Source: Camelus ferus
Taxonomy: Eukaryota
NCBI RefSeq assembly: GCF_009834535.1
Contig: NC_045696.1
Location: 52,764,001 to 52,828,000 of the forward strand
Length of the DNA: 64,000 nt
Direction: 5' to 3'
Shown one piece after another: positions 50,410 to 60,398 of this stretch; the first letter of the stretch is position 1, and every line of letters begins with the position of its first letter. The notes under the pieces were generated by a model, which saw only the letters and a program-made list of their open reading frames with translations, ran no database searches and was not told the DNA's origin. The position numbers and the translations under genes were made by a program.

Positions 50410-50761
50410 AGAGAGAAGTTGACAAACTGCAGCCCACAAGCCAAATCTAGGCTGCCTCCTGTTTGTTTTTTGGTTTTTTTTTTCTGTCTGTTTTTGTACA
50501 GCCTGCAAGCTAAGAATGGCTTTACATTTTTTAATTGTTGAAAAATAATTTTAAGAGTAATATTTTGCTTCAAGGGAAAATGACAAGAAATTTACATGTC
50601 AGTGTTCATGAAGTTTTATTGGGACACAGATGTGCTCATTCCTTTATGTGTCATTTCATGCAATAAAACAGCTGAATAGTTACAACGGAGACTGTATGGC
50701 CCACAAAGACTACAATGTATCTACTCTTTGGCCCTTTCTGGAGGAAGTTTGCCAGCCCCTG
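50410..50761. mobile_element. hAT-Charlie DNA transposon (MER58B-like)
   Basis: GTTGACAAACTGCAGCCCACAAGCCAAATC ... GCAAGCTAAGAATGGCTTTACATTTTT ... AAGTTTGCCAGCCCCTG with degenerate TIRs. Confidence 0.85.
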
Positions 50762-51177
50762 GCCTGGAACCACACACTCACCTGCACTTAAGACTTGGCT
50801 CCGCCATTTACTAGCTGTATGACTGTGAGCATTTTATCTAAATCTCGCAGTCTTATTTTCCTCAGACAGAAAATGAGGGTAACAGTGGTGTCCACTTCAA
50901 TGGGTTATTACAAGAATCAAATTTAGCGTAAGAAGCCCTCTGTAAATTTTAGTGTTCCAAATATATGGATGTTAAAAAATTACATTTCTTTATTATCTAA
51001 GACAAATTAAATGACGGCTCAGCTCCCACATATCAGGATTGGCAGGTAAACTTACTGAGATCATTTTGTGGAGGCGGGGGCCCCTTCCACCTCCCTTGGG
51101 ATCACTCAAGAATCCCAGGAGCTCCGGAACATCACTAAAATTCCTTGTCAGTGGTCCCTGTTCATCTCCCCCATGCA

Positions 51178-51212
51178 GCCCACATGGCCCATCCTGCCCA
51201 TATGGCCCATCC
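51178..51212. repeat. 18-bp tandem duplication
   Basis: GCCCACATGGCCCATCCT / GCCCATATGGCCCATCC. Confidence 0.85.
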
Positions 51213-52138
51213 CCAGGTAGGGAGCTCTGCTGGTGTCCCCATCCATTGCCATCACATGGGACCTTCACCAGCTCCTATACCTGGGGCCCCAGGTATCACA
51301 ACACTCCTTTCCCAAGCTTTGGCACCCCCTGGGCACTGTGTGGAAATAGAGTGCTGATCTATTGGTGACACCCTTTATCAGGCAGTTCTTGCCCGGCTCC
51401 GAAATCCAACTCTCCTCAGATCAACCAATCGCTTTCTCTTCCACCGAGGGAGTCTCCTTCTCTGATAGCTCAGTTCTCAATCTCCACAAGCCATGGGTAC
51501 ACCAGGAATCTCACGTTCAGATGTCTCACAAGGCCGTGCAGGTGAAAAGGTAAAAGCTGAGTGTTAAGACAATAGGGCGAGGTGGGTACTGCTGCAAAGC
51601 TGACCCTGCTCCTCAGCCCCCACTGATGGTTGCCATTTAGGACCAGTGTCTCCAGATGTTCTACTTGTTCGAGGGAAGCTGTAAATCTGGACAGTTACAT
51701 GAAAATTTCCATTACAAAAATACATTGTGGAGGAAAACACTCTGGAGGCTTAATCCCACCTAAAGTTTGCTAAATAACCCTAGCTTCTCTAAGAGCAAAT
51801 AAATAAGGCTTCTAGCTCCTCTGGAGGTAGGAAAACCCCAGACCTAGCTACCTTCTTGGAAGAGAAAAAAAAAAATCTCTCATTGCTCTCAACCTGAAAC
51901 CAAGGAAATAAGATAGAATTAATTTCTCAGTCAATGTTATTTTGGCATATTTCTATTAGTTATTGTTATTTTACTACTATTCACATAAAAACAGCACGTG
52001 CCTAGCACACAGTTATTAGCCCTCAATAAATATTTATTATTACTATTTTATTAATGTTATTTTCCCTGTCTACTCTGTTTGGGAATATGTTAGAGGGAGC
52101 AGAATCTCAGCGGGACACCAGGGGAGAGAGACAGACAG

Positions 52139-52143
<5 letters not shown>

Positions 52144-52172
<29 letters not shown>
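52144..52172. repeat. (GT)14 microsatellite preceded by GA/GACA repeats
   Basis: Read directly from the sequence. Confidence 0.97.
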
Positions 52173-52248
52173 GCAGAGGGGCTGACCTAATACAAACACA
52201 TTCACAGCTGCAGTTCCTGCTAGAAGCCTGCAGCTTGACAGGTAACAT

Positions 52249-52267
52249 TACTGCCACCTGCCGCCCA
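52249..52267 (-). promoter_or_regulatory. Candidate CTCF site
   Basis: Reverse strand TGGGCGGCAGGTGGCAGTA closely fits the CTCF core consensus (CCASYAGRKGGCRS). Confidence 0.6.
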
Positions 52268-53015
52268 GTTTGCCAAACTGTCACTGCTCACAGCCGCACC
52301 CGCAGGGCAGGGCTGCCCGCCGTTCTGGGCTGCAAATCAATCTTCCCCCCAACAACACACACACTCGGCAGGCCGGCTCCATCGCCGCCTGGCCCCCCGG
52401 TGGTCAAACAAACTATCTTTTGCTTCCTGCTGATCCGGCAACAGGGGTGACCTGTCCAACGACCAGGGGAGGGGGACTAGGAGGAGCACGAGCAGGAGCA
52501 GGGACTGCAGGGGCCCAGAGTGAGAGCAGCGATCAGGCACGTCGGGTACATGCCCAGCTGCAGCGGGCCCAGCGGGCTCGCCCAGCTTTGCCTCTTTTCT
52601 GTCCCTTATCAGAGGAGCAGGACTCCTTTGTCTGAGGAACAGATATCTGTAATAGCCCGAGGCGGAATTCACCCTGCCTGCACTCATAGAGATTCGCTTG
52701 TTTATTCGCTGCACCCAGGCGTGCTAGCCCGGGACGCGGGCGGAATCCTTAGGCGGGCTGTCAGCCACTGTGATGGGTGACACCGAACCAGCGTCCTTCC
52801 GAGGCTGCCTTCCAAGCGCTCCGGGGTGTGCTTTGCAGTGGCGCGCGGTCGCAGGCGCGCACCTCTGCCCCCTCGTGGCGGGTGCGGGCATCGCAGCAGC
52901 GCCCGCACCACCGCCCACTTGCGGCCCCCGCAGCGTCACCTCTGGGTGTTTTTCAAAGGCAGCATTTTTACAGCTCCATTCAACTGCTGGGGATAGGGGA
53001 TGCGGTTCTCCGGTT
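52260..53015. promoter_or_regulatory. CpG-island-like element (orphan promoter/enhancer)
   Basis: GC-rich, with the densest CpG in the window (e.g. GGCGCGCGGTCGCAGGCGCGC). No recognisable repeat or coding exon. Confidence 0.7.
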
Positions 53016-55044
53016 AATTACTAATGAATGAGAAAGGGTCGGGGTGTGCGTGTGTGTATGTGAAGGAGGGGGGAGAGAGAGAGCAAGCAACTATAAGAGC
53101 ATGTTTGTGACAGGATAATGGAGAAGAGAGAAAGGAATAGGAAAAATGGAGGAGATTAAGAAGCACGAGAGGCAAAGTGACAGTGATGAGGGAGTAGAGT
53201 GACAGTAAAGGATGCAGAGAGAAGGCAGGGAGCAACAGTTTGATGGGAAATGGGAGGGGACTTATGCATGAGAAAGAGGGGAGGATTTGACATCTGTGAG
53301 AGGTAAAGTTTCATTTTGGTGACATGACCCTTGTGAACATTTCAATATACCTCTCTCCTATTTTACATCCCATTTTGTTTGGCAGCTGCTCGAAATGAGT
53401 TTCCATTTTTCTGTCTTGTTTTAATATTCGCATGTCTCCCACATCACTAGATCGTTAGAGGCAGAAACAATTACACCATACATTTTGTGTGTCTGACAGA
53501 ACCCCCGGTGCCCGCTGGCTTATTAACTCCCGCCTCGCCCAGCCGCCGTCAGCCACATCTGCTTTTGTTATCTGATCCAGGTTTCACGCTCACTCTCTCT
53601 CCACTGACCTCTATGGGCTAGCTCGTCCTTTGGGAAATAGACCAGTAGCTGCTCAGAATCCAAATATACATGACAGACACTCTCACAAAGGCTTCCGCCA
53701 CCCAATCATCAACAAATAAACAAAACCAAGCCCAAAAGCAACATACAGCTTCAAAAATGAGTTCTTTTGAATCACATCTCTAACCCTTGACCTAATCATC
53801 TTTCCTAGCAGTTGAAAACAAGAAGAGAGATTTTGCCAGGTCTGTGCTAGCTATAGCTGGGTACAAGTGGTGTAAAGGTTGAAAAGGATTTTTCCCTATC
53901 CTGGTCTCAGTTACTATTTTGCCAACATTACCCAATCTTGTTCCAGATTTGGGGGAGGCGGAGGTCACATTTAGAAAGCCTGGCTAGGATGATAAAAACT
54001 GTTTTGGCAGGAGATAAATCAATGCATATGGGCGTGGGCAGTGATGCCCAAACTCCCTTGCCACAACAAATGGTTTCATGAAAATGTTTTGGTCAATACA
54101 GCTTATTTTGCCATATGAGGAGTGGTTGCCTATCTGTGTGATCGAATGGGGAGGGCATGGGCACCTCGTGGTCACTCAGAGGGAGCTCTCAGGGGACTGG
54201 CCATCTTGGTGTTTGACCCCTATTCTGGGACAAGCTGGGGATATTCTAGGAATGCAGTTTGGAGATAAAACATTTCTCATCGAGGTTAATGGATTGTGAT
54301 GCAGATAAGAAATAGGAAGAGAAAAATGTGTTGGACCCTGAAAAAGCAAAGCCTTTTTGTAAATGGGGAGACATATTCCTGTCTCATCTTATGAGGTTCA
54401 AAAGACGCTCTGCAGAGCCGAGGCAAGACAACACTGTAGGGGACAAGCGAGTTTGCCACAGGTTTTTCAAAGATGCATCTTCAACTCACAAAATAATTGT
54501 TTCATTATCTTCCTAACCTTTGAACATCTGCACTTCACTTCCTCAGTTTCCTTTTCTCTCCTTTTTGATGGTTCTTTCTGCTTGAATCTGCTGGGTGCAT
54601 TTTCTCTCCCTCCTCCAGCAGAGGCTCAGTCAGGGCATCCAGCCCTCAGCCGGCTTTCCCGGCAGCTGTGGCGGGGGAGTCTGCAGCAGGGGTCAGCGCG
54701 CTGCCCCGGCGCGGCTCGGTGCTGTGCCGCAGTGACTGCTCCTCACACGGGGTTCGGAGCGACTGCGGAGCTGTGCTGGGGACTCGCGGTGGGAACCTCT
54801 CTAACTGTATTTTCTACTGAGAGTGGAAATGTGGGGTGTGTGCGTGTATGTGTGTGTATAAATTCTCACAGTATGTGCATTAACCACCCCCCACATACAT
54901 ACCTACTAATGTTTCTTACCCTTTGCCACTTTATTGGCCTCAGATGTTCACCTCCAGATCTGTCCCTATAGTAACTGTCACCCTAGGGTTGAAAAGTGGA
55001 GACGTTTAGAGAAAGCTCACTTGGACCTGTAAACCTGCCCTCTG

Positions 55045-55446
55045 TGTGAGACTGATGGGACTGCCGCACCAAAGCACCACAGGCCACGTGGCTGGATTGG
55101 CCGAAGTTAATTTCCTCACAGAGCAGGAGGCTGGATGTCTGAGGTCAAAGCGCCAGCGGGGCTGGTTTCTCCTGAGACCTCGCTCCTTGGCTGGCAGATG
55201 GCCGCTTAATTGCCACGTCCTGAAGGGTGCTTCCTCTGTGTGTTTGTATCCCTGGTGTCTCTTCTTTTCATAAGGACACCATTCCTGTTGGGTTAGGGCC
55301 CCACCCTTACGAACTCATTTAACTTCGATTACCTCTTTACCTCTTTAAAGGCCCTGTCTCCAAACAGAGTCCTAGGCTAAGGTCACAAAGCAGGTGGTTT
55401 AGGGCTTCAACTATGAATTTGGAGGGACCACAGTTCAGCCCATCAC
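55045..55446 (-). mobile_element. MaLR solo LTR (MLT1B-like)
   Basis: GGAGGCTGGATGTCTGAGGTCAA...ATAAGGACACC...TTAGGGCCCCACCCT...AGGGCTTCAACTATGAATTTGGAGGG. Confidence 0.85.
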
Positions 55447-56673
55447 CCCTCCAAGCAGAGTCTCCTGGGTTACTGAAGTTGGCACTGAATGTCCTCCTCC
55501 AGACAGGTTCCACAGGGAGAGAGCTCTGTAGCGGAAACGACACCGACATTAGAGCAGACGGCCTGGGGGTCTGGAGCTGGGGCACCGCTGCTCAGCCAGC
55601 TGCATGACCTGGGCCAGGCAGTCAATTTTCTGAGGCTTAGTTTCCTTATCTATGAAACATGGACCAATCCTTAATGTCCCACCATTAATTATTACTGCAT
55701 TTATGACTACTATTTGGTGCCCTAGGATAATTATGTAGAGGAGTTCTGTGACATGATATGTACCGGTTCAATAAATAGTATTTTTATAGTGAATCTCCCA
55801 ACTGGTGACTTTCCTTTGTGCTTGGAGATGGTGTGGTTAGTGGTTGAGAGGTACCTGTGGAGACATACAGATCTGAGTGTGGCTTCCAGTCTATTCATGT
55901 CCTTTGGGCCATCATTTAACTTTGAAAAATTCAGTTTCTTCCTATACACGTTGGGACCAATAATATAAACAATTGCCTAAAATTCATATGATGATGAGAG
56001 AAAATAATACACATGGAATATGTGGGCTTGAAGGTAGCTTATTTATCACCACCATCAACAATGTATTTCTGTAAAGCCTTTCCCACACCACCTTAACCTC
56101 CAGACAGAGTTCAGCCCTCCTCCTGACTTGGGGTCCCTATAATCTCCCTGATGCCCTTTTGTGCCAATGACAGCAGCTTATTCTTCTGTAGGTTCTCTCT
56201 CCCTGTCCTCCTCTCCCACGACCAGCTTTCAGTGGGGTGGACGATGGAAGAAGTATTCATGAATTTTCCTTGCAGACCCGTCACCTCCTCTCCATTAGAG
56301 CAATCCTTTGTCGCATACAGGAGCGTCACAGCCGTCCCCTCCAGGACGCAGTGTTGAGTTGCTGCCATGATTCCATCTCACTTAGCGCTCTGTCAGAACA
56401 TCCTCTCAACCTGAATCTTGAGGCAGCAGGTAGAGAGGGGGACCGAAAGCCAGGATCGCCGTTCACTTGCAAGGGCCTCCCGGCACCCAGCACTGTGCCA
56501 GCAGGTAGTGAGAGCCCACTGATATTTGGGTGCTGAATGAATACATGGATGGTGTGTTGACAAGAGAGTAGCTGAAGCACTAAATCTGTTTTTCAGTGAC
56601 GGATAACAAATGAGGAAAACTCCAGAAGGGGTAATGATGGAGGATAGCGTGGTGCTTAAGGTGGAGGAAACAC

Positions 56674-56760
56674 TGTGTGTGTGTGTGTGTGTAGGGGTGT
56701 GTGTGTGTGTGTATGTGTAGGTGTGCCTGTGTGTGTGAGAGAGAGACAGACAGAGAGAAG
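56674..56760. repeat. Compound (TG)n-(GA)n microsatellite
   Basis: Read directly from the sequence. Confidence 0.95.
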
Positions 56761-59700
56761 CAGGAAATACAGGTCAGAATCAAATAGCTGTTGTTTTTTA
56801 ATTGAATGAAAGAGTCTTTAAATGCTATAGTGCTTTATAATTTAGTTTCACATGTGATTTTTTATAATCTCGTAATAACCCTCTTTTTCCCTACCCCTAT
56901 GTTGCCCTGCCCCCATCGCCTCTCCCTAAGAATCAGAGTTTGCAAGGAAAAGGAGCAAGTAGGACCCTGCACATGGTAAAGAGGTCTGAAAAGCTGCCCT
57001 TTCTCATCAGCTGTTCACAGCCCTGTCTTTAGGGATCCCAGCTCTTTTGGACCCAGTTCCTGGCATACAGTCTTTTTGGCCCAATAGCAGGGCTCTGAGG
57101 TGTCAAGTCTGTCTTCCCAGCCAGATATGAACTCCAGAGGACAGGAATCTGCCCTCGGGGAGCAAGTGACTAACTGAGCATGGTGCCTGGCCCACTGCAG
57201 CTTCTTCGCAAAGAGTTGTGAATGAACAAACCAATGAATGAATGAACAGCCCAGTAATTGGCATCTGTGTCTTCACACCTCTCCAGAATTTTTTCCTGCC
57301 ACCCCCATTGAACGGCTTGTTAACCTTGCATCTGCAGCTGCCACGCCCTTCTGCCTGAGCCTCCCTTTTCAGCTTGAATTTTGCACCTTGTCAACAAATG
57401 GTGGTTTTCCCTCACCACCCTGTCTGGCCACGGAGGTCTTGGTTAGCTCTCCTTTCTTCTCATCACTGCATCATGCCCATCTCCAATTAGTTCCTTTGTT
57501 ATTTATGTGATGATATTTTAAGGGCGTATTTATCTCAAAAAGGATAATATATTTAGCAAATGTTATATATGCAGGAGGTTTTAAGTGGGACTAAATGCAG
57601 CGATTAATGCTAATGAGTCTGCTGTTAAAATGTAATATTCTCGGTGTTATAATCATGCATCGCCGGATGTGGAGCCTCAGTGTGTTCAACAGATGCCGAT
57701 CTTAATGGCCACATTCTCTTCCTGTGGCTAAGTTAGCTTTAGTTAAATGTACCATTAAAAATAACCATCTAAACTGTTAGTGAGGACAGAGACTGTGTCC
57801 ACCAGGAATTTTTGTTTTAACCTCTGCTTTATTACTTCTCATTTTCAAAAGGACTCCGGGAAGGTGGGAAGCTTATTGCCTATCTAGGGTGCTTTAAACA
57901 GGAAGAACAGAAAAGAAAAGCTGAGTTCACTGCAGTTCAGATGCAGTGTATACAAGTGAGGGCAAGAAAAAGGGATTCACGGGGAGGGACGCAGGCTTGT
58001 GCTGTTAACACAAACCACACTTGGAAAGTAACTCTCCTGTGTTTTCATCTCTTGTTTCTTCTCAGTATTTGGTATTCGTTTAGGATCTGAAGCAGAGTTG
58101 GGTAATTGGGGTTCTTGGCAGTTCAACTAGTTGATATTCAAAAATCTTGTCTTCCTGAAAGTACTGTTATTCTCTCACAAATTAGGATCAAAGAGGGGAA
58201 AACACCAGGAAGTGCCAATGTAGGACCAAGGATCTGATCCTTCCCCGACAGCAGGAAGCCTGGTTTGGGTTTTTGCACAGGAAGATGGAGTTTGTATCCC
58301 AAAGGATTAATGGCTGCCCAGGGAGGGCTCTGTCCGGTTCTCCATCGCATCTCAAGTCATGCCCTGAGTCCCGTTCTCCAGGTCTCAGAATGGGGCTGCA
58401 TGACGACTGGAGGTGGGTTCAGGGGTGTCTGTGTCTTGAGAGAGCCCATGTGTATTTAGTGGGTGTGACCCTGGGCCTCCTCTTGGCTCCATGCTTTCTC
58501 GGCTACACAACTCTCCAGGGCAGGGATCAGTTCAGGGCCGTGTAACTTGTGAGACTGGGGAAGGGCTGAGTGGGGAGGGACTGGCCAGACCTGGGCCGCA
58601 TGTTTATGGAGCTTTTTCCAGGGCACAACCCTACTCTCTTGCTTGTAGGAAGTGACTCCATCCAGAAGGAGTGCCCAGTCTTTCCCCCTGGTGAGTCCTC
58701 TTGGGTCTGGGAGGTTTTGTTTTCTTTTTTCTTTCAGAATTTACTCAAATAATAATGTACCTGGGTGGACTGACGCTACATGAAGGCTATGCAATCTCAG
58801 GATTGCTGGTTCAGTGCTTGGGAGTTTACATATTAAAGCAAAAATTTACTAGTGCAGGTTAGGCTAATTGTCTAGGAGCCAGAAAATAATAAAAGGATGG
58901 AGAGACGTGTTCATAGTCCAAGGACTTGGAGTCCAAGTGTTGATACGGGGCAGGTCTATGGATGGAGCCGGTGGTCGCCGTAGCTGAGCATCTGCGGCAG
59001 CACTGGTTTCATTGACAATTGCCTGGGAGCTTTTGATGACTCTTAAGCTGGAGCTGCTTGGGAGTACAACTGCTCCATTTCTCTTAACCAGACCAGCATC
59101 CTTCCCCTTTCCTGGGTTTCTGATCCAGGTCCACCTCTGGGGCTTGCTCCCGTAAGTAGGAACATCTCCTCCAGGCAGACGGAACCTGGGGTGGAGGTTC
59201 TTTGGGAAATAGGAGCCTTTACTACTAGATCAGTGGATGTCTAATTTGATCTGGGAGGCAAGTCAGGGGCAAAGTGAGCAGGTAGAATGATATAAAGATT
59301 ACATGGCCAGTCAAAACTTCATACTATCTTATGGAATGAAAACTAATGTCTTGCTTTAAAACACGTGCCATGTCAGCCAGCACCTTACTGAGAATGGCTG
59401 GGTCTGTAAGAGGTGGTTAAGTTAGAGGACGCACCCCCGCCATGTGCGTTCTCAGACAGTTTCCAGGGTTTGGTGTGGATCCTGAATAGCTTGAGAGTCT
59501 TTGGTCAGGAAATAGCTTTGACTGATGGAAAACTACCCCAACTGGCCAGTCACCAGTCTAGGGAGCAGAAGAGAAGAACTTAGCTAGGAAAGTGTAGAGA
59601 GGACCTTTTTCTCATTGCAAAGAGCCTTCAATTAATAAAATGTATCAAGATAAATTTCAGATTTATTTTCCTTCCTTCCCCTGTCTGTCCTGTGTAATGC

Positions 59701-60068
59701 TATAGTGTTTCTACAGAGATTCTGAAAATGTTTTGCGAAGGTAACAGCTCTCAGCAAGAATAGAAAACCAACCGCTTTTTTCATATTAAAAACAGGGTGG
59801 CTTTAGAAGGTAATATATGTCCTGCTATCAGGTTGTGTCTTGTTATAACTAAACCTTACAGAGAACCCCTGTTATGGAGACTTTAAAGAAAGAGTATACT
59901 CCCTAATGATTTGGCACATCACATCCTAAGGTCTCACTCAAGTGTAATAAGTAAGAATTCTTAACATTTTATCCCAATGGTAATTTTTGCTTATTTCTTA
60001 TGATCCCTTGAGGAAGAAAAAGAAAAACTTACAGAGAACTCTTTGCTTAGATGAAGACAATTGTTATA

Positions 60069-60173
60069 TTTATTTATTTACTTATTTATTTTTAAATGGA
60101 GGTACTGGGGATTGAACCAGGACCTTCTGCATGCAAAGCATGCACTCTACCACTTGAACTATACCCTCCCCCC
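60069..60173 (-). mobile_element. Camelid tRNA-derived SINE (Vic-1 type)
   Basis: Reverse strand GGGGGGAGGGTATAGTTCAAGTGGTAGAGTGCATGCTTTGCATGCAGAAGGTCCTGGTTCAATCCCCAGTACCTCC plus (TAAA)n. TSD AAG(A/G)CAATTGTTATA at 60054-60068 and 60175-60189. Confidence 0.92.
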
Positions 60174-60324
60174 AAAGGCAATTGTTATAAATACCACATT
60201 CCCTTCTGTGACAGAAGGGACTTTGATTGAGGTCCTTCAAGTGATTCCTCAGTGTTTGGTCCACGCTTTCTTCACATAACTTTCATTGTCATTGACTTCA
60301 TTTCCTATCTCAGTCATGAAAAAT

Positions 60325-60398
60325 TTCCAAGAAACACTAGTCAACCACAAGATCACTGACTCAGGTCAACGAAGACACATCTCCTTTTCACGTTTATT
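60325..60398 (-). terminator. Candidate distal poly(A) site of a minus-strand gene
   Basis: TTTATT at 60393-60398 (AATAAA on -), followed on - by GU-rich sequence (TGTGTCTTCGTT; TCTTGTGGTTGACTAGTGTTTCTTGG). Confidence 0.55.

Noticed and set aside
52148..53235. Cluster of overlapping ORFs on both strands
   Set aside because: Expected from stop-codon scarcity in GC-rich DNA. One begins in a microsatellite and none resembles a known protein.
54363..54971. 202-aa ORF
   Set aside because: Spans compositionally unrelated segments (pyrimidine tract, CpG patch, GT repeat) and has no recognisable domain; likely chance.
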